Positions 9,206 to 18,470 are shown, counted from the first letter of the stretch. The stretch: 64,000 nt of DNA from Deltaproteobacteria bacterium (GCA_016213015.1 JACRCE010000011.1:10586-74585); one strand, 5' to 3'. Notes: generated by a model from the sequence alone, not told the origin. A program made the numbers and translations.

Positions 9206-11485
9206 TTACTTAATCCCTTTGAGCGTAAGCCTTGCCTCCTCCGCGCCCTTATGCTTGTCGTTGAGCTTCAATGACCGCGTCAATTCTTCCTTTGCAAGAC
9301 GCATGTCGCCCTTCTTGAAGTAGGCCATGCCGAGGTGATAGCGGATCATGGCGTCGTCAGGCTGTTTTTCGGCGGCCTCTTTGATGTGCGTAACGGCCTT
9401 CAGGTACGTCTGCTTTTTATAGTATATCCAGCCTAACGTATCCGATATTCCCGCGTTGTCAGGGAGTTCTCCCTTTGCGGTTTCGGCAAGCGAGAGCGCC
9501 ACGTCGATATTGCCGTTGCCTTCGGCGTACAGCCACGCAAGGTTATTAGCCGCAGGCGCGAACTTAGGGTTTATCTCCAGCGCCTTCTTGTAATTCTTAA
9601 TAGCCTCGTCCGTCTTGCCTTGCTTTTCATATATGAGTCCGAGAAGCATGTACGGAGGCAGATGATCCGGCCTCTTGACGGACGCCTCGGCGTAGTGCTT
9701 CGCGGCCTTGTCGAGATCGCCTTTCTGGGCGTAGACGTTGCCGAGGTCTATATAGGCGTCTATGAAGTCGGCCTTTGTTTCAATCGCCTTCAAGAGCGCA
9801 TCCTCGGCGCTCTTGAAGTCCTTCAGGTACAGGTACGTCCTCGCAAGGATATGCTGGAAGACGGGATTTTTGGGCGAGACGGCGATCTGCGCCTTTATCC
9901 TCTCGACGGCCTTGTTGTTTTCCTTGTTGGACAGGTGTATCGCCGCTATCATGCCGAGCACGTCGGCGATATCGGGGTTGAGGGAAAGCGCCTTTTCAAA
10001 CTGCTCAAGCGATGCCCTGTTGTTCTTTTGCAATTGATACAACAGACCGAGTTTTGCGTACCCCCTCGGGTCCTTCGGCATAGCGACGATGAATTTTTCA
10101 AAATGCCCGCGCGCCTCAGCGGTCTTCGACTGTTTAAGGAGGATGTCTCCCGCAAGGAGGTTTGCGGCCGGATTCCCCGGATTTTTTGCCAGCACCTTCC
10201 CTGCCTCTTCCAGCGCCAATTTATAATCCCCTGACGCCGCGTGGATGGATGCAATGGCCAGGCGAGCGCCGGAGGCGGCCGGGTTCAACTTCAACGCCTC
10301 GGCATACTCCGACTTTGCGGCCTGACTATTTCCAACCGCCTGATACGCGGCGCCAAGGAAGTAGTGAGACTCGGCGGCGCGCGGCTCTTCCTTGATGGAA
10401 GCGCTCAGGTTTTCGGCCGCCTCCTTCGGCTTGTTGGCCGTAAGGAGCAGCCTGCCGTTAAGGTAGAGCGCATAAGCGTCCTTGGGGTGTTTCTTTAAGA
10501 TGGCGGCTATGCGCTCCTCCGCCTCCTTTGTTTTGTTCAACTCAAGGAACAGATTGGCAAGACTTTTCTCGATTGGCAGCGTCTCGGATGCCTTTTCCAA
10601 TCCCTTTTTAAGGGTCGCTTCCGCGTCCGACACCCTGTTGGTCGCCGCATAGAACTCGGAGAGCATCAGGTACGCGGCCGGGGCGGCCGGCTTGAGTTCG
10701 ATTAAAGAGAGGAAGGTCTTGTCGGCATCGGTCATTTTCCGCACCGCTATGTAAAAATTGGCAAGGGCCGCGAGCGCGTCCGGATTTTTCGGGTTCATCT
10801 CAACGGCCTTTTTCATCTCCGCTTCGGCCTCGGTCTTGTTGCCGCTGCTGAGGTACAGATTCGCAAGCGCAAGACGCGGCTCGATGGCATCGGGCTTGAC
10901 GCCGAGCGCCTTCCTATAATGCTTCTTGGCCGACTCGACATCCTTGCCGGCAAGATAAATGGCCGCGGCGGCCATATAGTGCGTAGGTTCGGTGGGGCCT
11001 GACTTGAGAATATCCTCTATCATCGATATGGCTTCCCGCGTCTTACCCTTACCGGCTAAGGCCGAAGCAAATAAAACCTTGCCTTCGACGTTCTCCTTTT
11101 CCTTATTAACGACAAGTTCGGCCTTTTCCTTCGCCTTATCATACTCCTGCGACAACAGATATAGTTGACCGATCTTGAGTTGCGCGTCAATCAGGCCGGG
11201 ATTTAAGTCAACCGCCGTTGAAAACTCGCGGAAGGCAAGTTGAAGGTTCGTGACGTTGCCGAGCTTCAGGTACGCAAGCCCGAGCTTATAGTGAGCCTCG
11301 GCGCTTTTCGGGTTTATCTGCACGGCATTCTTGAACTCTATGGCCGCTTCCCTATATTGAGACTGGGCGATGTACTCATCCCCTTTTTTAATGTGGCCTG
11401 CAAGTTTTTTCTCGGGGCTTGCACCGCAAGCAACGACAAAAAACGTTATACACACTATAACAAGTATATTTTTGAGAACTGTCAT
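9206..11485 (-). CDS. TPR-repeat lipoprotein (PEP-CTERM-system PrsT-like?)
   Basis: This is a ~760-aa protein built of consecutive TPR units. It starts MTVLKNILVIVCITFFVVACG, which is a signal peptide plus lipobox. The ATG at 11485 is preceded by GGAGGAG. It is adjacent to tRNA-Glu and a PEP-CTERM gene. Confidence 0.75.
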   Translation of the reverse strand: MTVLKNILVIVCITFFVVACGASPEKKLAGHIKKGDEYIAQSQYREAAIEFKNAVQINPKSAEAHYKLGLAYLKLGNVTNLQLAFREFSTAVDLNPGLIDAQLKIGQLYLLSQEYDKAKEKAELVVNKEKENVEGKVLFASALAGKGKTREAISMIEDILKSGPTEPTHYMAAAAIYLAGKDVESAKKHYRKALGVKPDAIEPRLALANLYLSSGNKTEAEAEMKKAVEMNPKNPDALAALANFYIAVRKMTDADKTFLSLIELKPAAPAAYLMLSEFYAATNRVSDAEATLKKGLEKASETLPIEKSLANLFLELNKTKEAEERIAAILKKHPKDAYALYLNGRLLLTANKPKEAAENLSASIKEEPRAAESHYFLGAAYQAVGNSQAAKSEYAEALKLNPAASGARLAIASIHAASGDYKLALEEAGKVLAKNPGNPAANLLAGDILLKQSKTAEARGHFEKFIVAMPKDPRGYAKLGLLYQLQKNNRASLEQFEKALSLNPDIADVLGMIAAIHLSNKENNKAVERIKAQIAVSPKNPVFQHILARTYLYLKDFKSAEDALLKAIETKADFIDAYIDLGNVYAQKGDLDKAAKHYAEASVKRPDHLPPYMLLGLIYEKQGKTDEAIKNYKKALEINPKFAPAANNLAWLYAEGNGNIDVALSLAETAKGELPDNAGISDTLGWIYYKKQTYLKAVTHIKEAAEKQPDDAMIRYHLGMAYFKKGDMRLAKEELTRSLKLNDKHKGAEEARLTLKGIK

Positions 11486-11711
11486 GAACTCCTCCACGCG
11501 CTCGTCGTTTTCATCAATAATCAGACAATTTTTGATTATATTGAAGCTATGCAGGCATGTCAATCAATTAAAAGATGGTTAGTCTGAATGGGTTTAGGCT
11601 GAAGGCTGAAAAGACCGATCACCGTGAGTTGCCTCGCCTTCGGCTGCGGCAACTCCCCCGGTCGACCCTTCGGGTTCTCATCCCTTGCATTTCGGAAGAT
11701 TCTATCTTTCT

Positions 11712-11787
11712 TGGTGATCCTATCGGGATTCGAACCCGAGTTTTGGCCTTGAGAGGGCCACGTCCTAGGCCTCTAGACGATAGGACC
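11712..11787 (-). tRNA. tRNA-Glu (anticodon CTC)
   Basis: The 76-nt sequence GGTCCTATCGTCTAGAGGCCTAGGAC GTGGCC CTCTCAA GGCCA ... GGTTCGAATCC ... TAGGATCACCA folds as a cloverleaf. It has a 7-bp acceptor stem with one G-T pair, the canonical Glu D-arm, anticodon loop CTCTCAA, and an encoded CCA. Confidence 0.85.
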
Positions 11788-12019
11788 GACAATGCAAGAC
11801 AGATACAATACCCGAATCCTGTGTGCTTGTCAAATAAAACCTGCCTTTTGAAACGGAGGCACGATGTAAACATTCGGCAAAAAACACGACCGAAGTGTCC
11901 ATTTTTTTTACAAAAAAGCCTTTGTCCAAACTGTTGAAAACCAGCAAGCCGGCACAGGGGCTACGCAAAAGCCTTTAGAATCAACCAGTTACATTGTATG
12001 GCCTCTTGTATGCCTATTG

Positions 12020-12035
12020 TGGCATAGGTCTTGCA
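12020..12035 (+). promoter_or_regulatory. candidate sigma54 (-24/-12) promoter TGGCATAGGTCTTGCA
   Basis: The GG-N10-GC spacing is exact and it matches the TGGCAC-N5-TTGCA consensus. It lies about 35 nt upstream of the PEP-CTERM gene ATG. Confidence 0.5.
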
Positions 12036-12070
12036 TTTATTTTATGTAAGTGCCGTAAACTAACTGTACA

Positions 12071-12853
12071 GTGCAAAAAATGAAAAAACAACTTGAAACC
12101 ACGACAATCTTCCTGCTCGCATTCGTTGCGTTTGCATTAGCGGCGTTCATACCGGCTCAGGTTCAGGCACTCCCTACCTTGCAGCTTGACATAGCAAATG
12201 GAGTGTACGACCCTGTGAGCAAGACGATCGTTTCGTCCGCCGACAAATTTACGTTGTATGCATTCCTATTGCCTGGAAAAACTCAGGCGCCGGTAACCGG
12301 CGCATACTATATCTCCGCGGCGCTCGTTGCTACGAATGGCAAGACAATAGGGGCAGGCAACTTCGGCAGCTTCTCCTTCAACGGCGTTCAAAAGAACGTT
12401 ACCAACGATATGGTCTTTGGGACGCCGCCGCTTGAGGCCAATCTGGCATTTGACCCAGGCGATCTTTCCAAACACGGCATATACCCGACGTACTTCAACG
12501 AGTTTTCATTCAAGTTCAACTCCAACAACGAAACGGCTCAATACAACACGCAAGACAGGGCCAAGGCAGGTACGCCGATCAACATCGCGCCGAATCCTAA
12601 CAACGGCAACATGTATTACGCGGCGTTTTCGGTGGATACGACGCTTCTCGCGCCCGGCTATGCCATACATTTCGACCTGTACAACGAGAAGGTCAGACGC
12701 GGGGATACCGATGTAAATCTCTTTGCTCCCTTCTCGCACGACGCTCAGTCAAGGGCAAAGGTGCCGGAGCCTGCCACGGCGCTGTTGATTGGCGCCGGAT
12801 TTGCCGGTCTGTGGCTACATGGCAAAAAACAGAAGGGCACCTCTAAAAATTAG
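12071..12853 (+). CDS. PEP-CTERM sorting-domain secreted protein
   Basis: The ORF has an N-terminal signal peptide and a C-terminus VPEPATALLIGAGFAGLWLHGKKQKG (PEP motif, hydrophobic helix, basic tail). The last residues TSKN and the TAG stop are encoded by the terminal inverted repeat of repeat element B1. Confidence 0.8.
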   Translation: MQKMKKQLETTTIFLLAFVAFALAAFIPAQVQALPTLQLDIANGVYDPVSKTIVSSADKFTLYAFLLPGKTQAPVTGAYYISAALVATNGKTIGAGNFGSFSFNGVQKNVTNDMVFGTPPLEANLAFDPGDLSKHGIYPTYFNEFSFKFNSNNETAQYNTQDRAKAGTPINIAPNPNNGNMYYAAFSVDTTLLAPGYAIHFDLYNEKVRRGDTDVNLFAPFSHDAQSRAKVPEPATALLIGAGFAGLWLHGKKQKGTSKN

Positions 12854-12970
12854 AGATTTTTTCCGCAATCAAGGAATGGCGAAAATAAAAAGTGGAGCAT
12901 ATATGTGAATATGTGAGCATTTTTATTTTAGCCATGACACAGAGCCCGGAAAAAAGATCAATTTTTAGAG
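12842..12970. mobile_element. MITE-like element, family B, copy B1 (intact, ~129 bp)
   Basis: It has imperfect ~24-bp TIRs TCTAAAAATTAGAGATTTTTTCCG ... CCGGAAAAAAGATCAATTTTTAGAG. The interior is homologous to the other B copies. Confidence 0.6.
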
Positions 12971-13074
12971 GTGGCCATAAAATAAGCGCTTGATTTTTAA
13001 GAAATCTGCCGCTATAATGCCCAAAAAGCATGTAGGTTGAAAATCCCGTACTAATAAGGTGAACGGATTAACGA

Positions 13075-13437
13075 ATGAACACCAATATCTGCCCAAGATG
13101 TTTGGACAAATTTTACACCGCCGTTACAGGAGTAGACCTTACCTGCCCGTTTTGCGGATTCATTCTCAAGTATGCGGATGTCAAAAGGCGTTGCGAGATG
13201 CGCTCCTCCATTGAAAGGGGATGTCTCCTTTCAAAAGGCGAGACCATCGTGAGCGCCAAAACCTTCGACATCTCAAGCAAAGGCGTAGGCATCACCTCAA
13301 ACGGCATACTGCCGTTCGTTACCGACGAAGTGATGAACGTCATCGTCAAGGAGTTTGACATAGACTCCACGGCCCGCATCGTCTGGGTACAAAAGTTTGA
13401 AAGCGCCATTTACAAGGCTGGGCTGAAGTTTTGTTAG
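13075..13437 (+). CDS. PilZ-domain protein with N-terminal Cys4 zinc ribbon
   Basis: The ORF has a CPRC...CPFC ribbon followed by RRCEMRSS and DISSKGVGI, which match the PilZ RxxxR / DxSxxG c-di-GMP-binding motifs. The gene has lower GC than its neighbours. Confidence 0.55.
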   Translation: MNTNICPRCLDKFYTAVTGVDLTCPFCGFILKYADVKRRCEMRSSIERGCLLSKGETIVSAKTFDISSKGVGITSNGILPFVTDEVMNVIVKEFDIDSTARIVWVQKFESAIYKAGLKFC

Positions 13438-13594
13438 CTGACGGCAGTGAAGGCGCGTAAGCTGTAGCGGCTGTTGGCCGGGTCAACACCTTAGTAGCCC
13501 TACCCGCGAAAAACATCCTGCTGGAAATACCTCGCCGGATTTGTTAGTATCACCTCTCCCCGCTTAAAACGCGCGGGGACATGTCTTAATTCAC

Positions 13595-14851
13595 GTGAGT
13601 CCTGACAGAAAAAAAAGTATAGGCATTGCCCTCGATCTCGGCACGACCACCGTTGTCTGCGCGGCAATGACCCTGAACGACCGCGAAGTCATCGGCAGAC
13701 AGGCGCGTCCAAATCCGCAATCGGCATGGGGCGCGGACGTAGTGGCAAGGATGAGCGCGCTGAAGGCCGACGCTGAACTACTTCCGGCAATGTCGGAACT
13801 GACTGTCGGCGTCTGCAACGAAATGATACGCTCATTTGCATCGCCGGCCGAAATGGATGAGATTGTCGTTGCCGGTAATCCTGTAATGCAGGCGATCCTT
13901 CTGAGGGTGTCCCCTCTTTCCCTTGCCCTGCCGCCGTACAGGCCGCCGTTCAAGGAAGCGCAGAGGGTACAAGCCGATAGATTCGGCTTCGACACGCGGA
14001 CCGGCGCGGGGTTGTACGTCTTCCCGCAGATAGGCGGTTTCGTGGGCGGGGACGCCGTGGCGGTCGCTTTATCGCTCAACATGGGCAAGCGCCATAATGC
14101 CGATAACGCGGTCATTGCTATTGACATCGGCACGAACAGCGAGGTAATCCTCTCCGCTGGAGAAAAGCTGTTCGCGGCAAGCGCGCCTGCAGGCCCGGCA
14201 TTCGAGGCGGCGGGGGCAAGATGCGGCATGATTGCTCAGGCCGGCGCCATGCAGGGCGTGAGCATCACGGGCGACAGGGTAACGCTTGATGTAATAGGCA
14301 ACGTAGCGCCGAAAGGCATCTGCGGCTCCGGCCTTGTAGACGCGGTTGCCGCGTTGCTTGACAGAGGGGTCATCGCCCCTTCAGGCAGGATAAAAGACAA
14401 AGACGAGATACCGGACAACCTTTCAGGCAGAATAAAAAAGGACGGGGAGGCCAACGCATTCGTGCTCCACCGGGGAGCTTCAGGCGACATCTGTCTTTTT
14501 CAGGAGGACATACGCGCCCTTCAAAACGCGAAGGCCGCCATACGCGCAAGCATATCCATGCTCATGCTCAAAGCGAAGATAAGCCCTGGCCGCGTCGAGA
14601 AGATATATATATCCGGGGCCTTTGGATCCAATCTGAAGAGCGCGTCTTTATCAAGACTGGGCATCATTGATCCCCTCTGGCGCGATATCGTCTCTCCAGT
14701 CGGAGACGCGGCGCTTGACGGCGCAATGATGGCGCTTGGGTCCGACCCTGCCAAGAAAGAGGCCGAGCGGATAGCGGAAGACGCGAAGTTCGTAGCGTTA
14801 TCCGGAAGCGCGCAGTTCGAGCGGGAGTTCATAAGCAATATGACGTTTTAG
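13595..14851 (+). CDS. ASKHA-fold ATPase-like protein (DUF4445 / RACo C-terminal-domain-like)
   Basis: The 418-aa ORF has a GTG start, IGIALDLGTTTV and IAIDIGTNSE (two sugar-kinase/actin-like phosphate loops), and ICGSGL. Confidence 0.55.
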   Translation: MSPDRKKSIGIALDLGTTTVVCAAMTLNDREVIGRQARPNPQSAWGADVVARMSALKADAELLPAMSELTVGVCNEMIRSFASPAEMDEIVVAGNPVMQAILLRVSPLSLALPPYRPPFKEAQRVQADRFGFDTRTGAGLYVFPQIGGFVGGDAVAVALSLNMGKRHNADNAVIAIDIGTNSEVILSAGEKLFAASAPAGPAFEAAGARCGMIAQAGAMQGVSITGDRVTLDVIGNVAPKGICGSGLVDAVAALLDRGVIAPSGRIKDKDEIPDNLSGRIKKDGEANAFVLHRGASGDICLFQEDIRALQNAKAAIRASISMLMLKAKISPGRVEKIYISGAFGSNLKSASLSRLGIIDPLWRDIVSPVGDAALDGAMMALGSDPAKKEAERIAEDAKFVALSGSAQFEREFISNMTF

Positions 14852-14867
14852 AGAAACACTGGAAGAT

Positions 14868-15374
14868 ATGAAAAAAGCGATCCGCATATTAAATGAGCTT
14901 GTCGAAAAAGGCGTTGTCGAGCAATACGCCCTTGGCGGCGCCGTGGCGGTTTTATTCTATACGGAAACGCTCAACACCAAGGACGTGGATGTATTCGTAA
15001 CCACGCACGTTACAAAATCTAAAACCGGCATCGTACATCTCGGCTCCATATACGAGCATCTGAAAAAAGCCGGTTACAAAATGGACGGCCAATACTTCAT
15101 CGTAGACGGCGTCCCCGTTGACTTCATAGCGGCTTATGACGACCTAACCATGGAGGCCGTGGATAACGCGGCGGATAAATTGTACGGCGGGATAAAGGTC
15201 AGGGTTTTCAGACCGGAGCATCTCATGGCCATAGCCTTGCAAACCGGAAGGCCGCAGGACTTAAGAAAGATAGATTTGCTGAAGACGCAAACCGCGCTCG
15301 ACGAAAAATTTTTAATGGCCACATTGAAGCGCCACGGCTTGGTTGAAAAATGGAGAAGATATGCCGACGGATAA
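14868..15374 (+). CDS. nucleotidyltransferase-fold protein (minimal Pol-beta-like NTase)
   Basis: The 168-aa ORF contains LGGAVAVLFYTETLNTKDVDVFV, which fits the hG[GS]-x(9-13)-DxD NTase signature. Its function is unknown. Confidence 0.45.
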   Translation: MKKAIRILNELVEKGVVEQYALGGAVAVLFYTETLNTKDVDVFVTTHVTKSKTGIVHLGSIYEHLKKAGYKMDGQYFIVDGVPVDFIAAYDDLTMEAVDNAADKLYGGIKVRVFRPEHLMAIALQTGRPQDLRKIDLLKTQTALDEKFLMATLKRHGLVEKWRRYADG

Positions 15375-15564
15375 AAAAAGGCTTTTCAAGGAAGCCCTGA
15401 AACACAACCGCGCAATATTTGCCTCAAAGGAAAAGATGCGCCTGATATGGGCGAAAAAGCCGGTGGAGGAAAAGATTGCCGAGCTTATAAAACTGCAAGA
15501 GGCAACGGCCGTCCTTCATCCCGAGTTGAGGAGCTTAATCCCGTGGAGGTTGAAAAAACGATGA
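15343..15564 (+). CDS. small basic helical protein (73 aa), hypothetical
   Basis: It overlaps the NTase gene by 32 nt. Its TGA stop overlaps the purH ATG (ATGA), which suggests translational coupling. Confidence 0.35.
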   Translation: MKNGEDMPTDKKRLFKEALKHNRAIFASKEKMRLIWAKKPVEEKIAELIKLQEATAVLHPELRSLIPWRLKKR

Positions 15565-17138
15565 AGAAGATACACAGGGCGATAATAAGCGTAACAGACA
15601 AGACCGGCGTCGTGGAGCTGGCAAAGGAGCTTCACGCGGCCGGGGTGGAGATAATATCAACAGGGGGAACGGCCGATCTTCTCAAGAGGTCGGGCGTTGC
15701 CGTAATCCCCATATCGTCCTACACCGGCTTTCCAGAGATGCTTGACGGAAGGCTCAAAACGCTCCACCCCAAGATACACGGCGGCATCCTCGGACGCCGC
15801 GCCGACGAGGCGCATCTCAAGGACATGCGGACGCACGGGATACTGCCCATTGACATGGTGGTCGTGAACCTTTACGCCTTCGAGCAGACAATCGCCAAGG
15901 GGGCAGGCTTTGCCGAGGCCGTGGAAAACATTGACATCGGCGGGCCGACCATGATCCGCGCCGCGGCAAAGAACCACGAGGACGTGGCCGTGGTGGTTGA
16001 CCCTGCGGACTATCAAAAGATACTCTCAGAGATGAAGGCAAAGAAGGGGATGCTCTCGCTCAAGACGCGCCTTTCCCTTGCGAAAAAATGCTTTCAGCTC
16101 ACGGCGCGCTACGACGCCGCGATATCCAACTACCTCGGCGGCTTGCCGGACTCGGCGGAGGACGCGCCCAAGACCTTCCCTGACACCTATACCGTCCAGC
16201 TCGAGAAGGTGCAGGACTTGAGATACGGAGAGAACCCGCACCAGAGCGGGGCATTCTATAAACCTCATTCAAACGGCGACGACGCGGACGCCGGCTTTAC
16301 GCAGTTGCAGGGCAAAGAGCTTTCCTACAACAACATCCTCGACATGAGCGCGGCAATGAATCTCGTCGGCGACTTTCATGAAAAGGCCGCAGTCATCATA
16401 AAACACAACAACCCGTGCGGCGTGGCGCTGTCGAAGACAGGGTTGCTTGACGCTTACGCCTTGGCTTATGCGTGCGACAAGACCTCGGCCTTCGGCGGCA
16501 TAGTCGCTTTCAACGGCAAGGTGGACTCAACGCTCGCTCAGACGCTGAACGGAATATTCCTCGAGGCAATCATAGCCCCTGCCTTCGACGCTGCCGCGCT
16601 TTCAACCTTCAACGCCAAGAAGAACCTCCGCGTCATAGAAGCGCCATCGCTGGGCAAGCGCATGCCGCAAAATCGTTTCATCTACGACATAAAAAACGCG
16701 CTCTCAGGCGTACTCCTCCAGAGCCATGACGTTGAAAGCGCGAAGGAGTTGAAGACCGTGACGAAAAGGGCGCCTGATGAAGCCGAGCTTGAAGACCTGC
16801 TGTTTGCATGGACGTGCTGCAAACACGTAAAGAGCAACGCCGTCATTTTCGCGCATTGTCAAGCCGCCATAGGCATAGGCGCTGGACAGATGTCGAGGAT
16901 AGATTCAACGCGCATAGCGGCCATCAAGGCGCAGGAAGCCGGCCTTGAGGTCGAGGGCGCGGTCATGGCCTCCGACGCCTTCTTCCCATTCAGGGACAAC
17001 GTGGACATGGCGGCAAAGCACGGCCTCAAAGCCATTATCCAGCCCGGCGGCTCCATAAGGGACGAAGAGATCATAAAGGCCGCGGACGAGCACGGCATAG
17101 CAATGGTATTTACCGGCATAAGACACTTCAAGCACTAA
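15561..17138 (+). CDS. purH: bifunctional AICAR transformylase / IMP cyclohydrolase
   Basis: The conserved start is MKKIHRAIISVTDKTG at 15561, preceded by GGAGG. The track ORF begins earlier at 15447. Homology runs the full length. Confidence 0.95.
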   Translation: MKKIHRAIISVTDKTGVVELAKELHAAGVEIISTGGTADLLKRSGVAVIPISSYTGFPEMLDGRLKTLHPKIHGGILGRRADEAHLKDMRTHGILPIDMVVVNLYAFEQTIAKGAGFAEAVENIDIGGPTMIRAAAKNHEDVAVVVDPADYQKILSEMKAKKGMLSLKTRLSLAKKCFQLTARYDAAISNYLGGLPDSAEDAPKTFPDTYTVQLEKVQDLRYGENPHQSGAFYKPHSNGDDADAGFTQLQGKELSYNNILDMSAAMNLVGDFHEKAAVIIKHNNPCGVALSKTGLLDAYALAYACDKTSAFGGIVAFNGKVDSTLAQTLNGIFLEAIIAPAFDAAALSTFNAKKNLRVIEAPSLGKRMPQNRFIYDIKNALSGVLLQSHDVESAKELKTVTKRAPDEAELEDLLFAWTCCKHVKSNAVIFAHCQAAIGIGAGQMSRIDSTRIAAIKAQEAGLEVEGAVMASDAFFPFRDNVDMAAKHGLKAIIQPGGSIRDEEIIKAADEHGIAMVFTGIRHFKH

Positions 17139-17160
17139 TAAAACATAGGCACAATACCTC

Positions 17161-18408
17161 ATGAAAGTCCTTGTAATAGGAAGCGGCGGCAGGGAACACG
17201 CCCTTGTATGGAAGCTCAAGCAAAGTCCCCTCGTCAAGAAGATATATGCGGCGCCGGGCAACCCCGGAACAGCGGCGATTGCCGAGAACGTGCCCATCGA
17301 CTCGCTCGACGCGGGACGCCTTAAGGATTTTGCGCTCAAGAACAAGATAGACCTTACGATAGTTGGGCCCGAGGCGCCTCTTGCGCTCGGCTTATGCGAC
17401 CTGTTCAGGACGAACAAGCTTGCCGTCTTCGGCCCGTCGAAAAAGGCCGCCCAGCTTGAGGCGAGCAAGGTCTTTGCAAAATCATTGATGGTCAAGTACG
17501 ACATCCCGACAGCGGACTACCGCGCGTTTGATGCGCTTGACGAGGCCGTCAGGCACGTCAAACAGGGCAAGCCGCCGTTCGTCATAAAGGCGGACGGTCT
17601 TGCAGGCGGCAAAGGCGTCATAATCTGCAAAGAGACGGACGAGGCCGTTGTGGCCCTGAACGCGATGATGAGCGGCGCGGGGCGCGTGCTCATAGAGGAG
17701 TTTCTTGAGGGCGAGGAGGCTTCATTCCTCGCCATAACCGACGGCAGGGCCATCGCGCCGCTTGCCCCGGCGCAGGATCACAAGACCATCTTCGACGGAG
17801 ACAAAGGGCCGAACACCGGCGGCATGGGCGCGTACTCTCCGGCGCGGATAGTAACCCCGGCCATCGAAAAGGAGATAATGCAGACCATCATCCGTCCGGT
17901 GGTAGACGCCCTGCAGAGCGAATACATCCCGTTTTGCGGCGTAATCTATGCCGGGCTGATGATCGTCAACGGAAGACCGAAAACCCTGGAGTTCAATGCG
18001 CGTTTCGGAGACCCTGAAACACAGCCGATATTGATGCGTCTTGATGAAGACCTTGCCGGACTCCTGCTCCTCGCCGCACAGGGAAGGCTCAGAGAGAGGC
18101 CGCTCCGCTGGAAAGACAACGCCTCGGCCTGCGTTGTCATGGCATCGGAAGGGTATCCGGGAGAATATACCAAAGGCGCTGAGATAACCGGCATAAAAGA
18201 GGCCGAGGCCGAAGAGAACGTAAAGGTCTTTCACGCGGGCACCGCGATGAAGGACGGAAAACTCGTTACGGCCGGCGGCAGGGTGCTCGGCGTAACGGCT
18301 CAAGGACATGGTCTACGCGAGGCCGTTGACGCGGCGTACAAGGCGGTGGAAAAGATACACTTCAAAGGCGCGCAGTTCAGGCGCGACATAGGGAAAAAGG
18401 GGTTATAG
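17161..18408 (+). CDS. purD: phosphoribosylamine--glycine ligase
   Basis: The 415-aa ORF starts MKVLVIGSGGREHAL and has an ATP-grasp fold. Confidence 0.95.
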   Translation: MKVLVIGSGGREHALVWKLKQSPLVKKIYAAPGNPGTAAIAENVPIDSLDAGRLKDFALKNKIDLTIVGPEAPLALGLCDLFRTNKLAVFGPSKKAAQLEASKVFAKSLMVKYDIPTADYRAFDALDEAVRHVKQGKPPFVIKADGLAGGKGVIICKETDEAVVALNAMMSGAGRVLIEEFLEGEEASFLAITDGRAIAPLAPAQDHKTIFDGDKGPNTGGMGAYSPARIVTPAIEKEIMQTIIRPVVDALQSEYIPFCGVIYAGLMIVNGRPKTLEFNARFGDPETQPILMRLDEDLAGLLLLAAQGRLRERPLRWKDNASACVVMASEGYPGEYTKGAEITGIKEAEAEENVKVFHAGTAMKDGKLVTAGGRVLGVTAQGHGLREAVDAAYKAVEKIHFKGAQFRRDIGKKGL

Positions 18409-18416
18409 GCGGTTAA

Positions 18417-18470
18417 GGGTTGAAAGACGGTTCAGAGATAACCATAAACCGTCTTCCAACCGTCTTTAAC
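18417..18470. repeat. hairpin repeat, family E (GTTGAAAGACGGTT ... AACCGTCTT..AAC)
   Basis: This inverted repeat lies between purD and purE and is followed by the AGGAGG RBS of purE. A second copy is at 18967-19012. Confidence 0.6.

Noticed and set aside
8202-9323. 373-aa plus-strand ORF, and similar long antisense ORFs (5061-5774, 9620-10234, 13591-14229, 16905-17504, 20015-20524, 35566-36279, 55818-56600, 59423-60130)
   Set aside because: All are frame-shadow ORFs opposite strongly conserved genes (argB, argG, the TPR gene, the ASKHA gene, purH, the MCP, the MBL gene, rfbB, PMM). In 60 % GC DNA such antisense ORFs are expected, and they have low-complexity R/P/A/G-rich translations.
11564-11711. 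tRNA-Glu 3' flank as an integration site for a genomic island
   Set aside because: No integrase gene and no direct repeat of the tRNA 3' end were found downstream. The TPR gene follows directly.
13500-13594. Hairpin CCCCGC-ttaaaac-GCGGGG upstream of the ASKHA gene as a riboswitch or terminator
   Set aside because: It is too short for a known riboswitch class and is not followed by a U-tract. It is left as an unassigned stem-loop.
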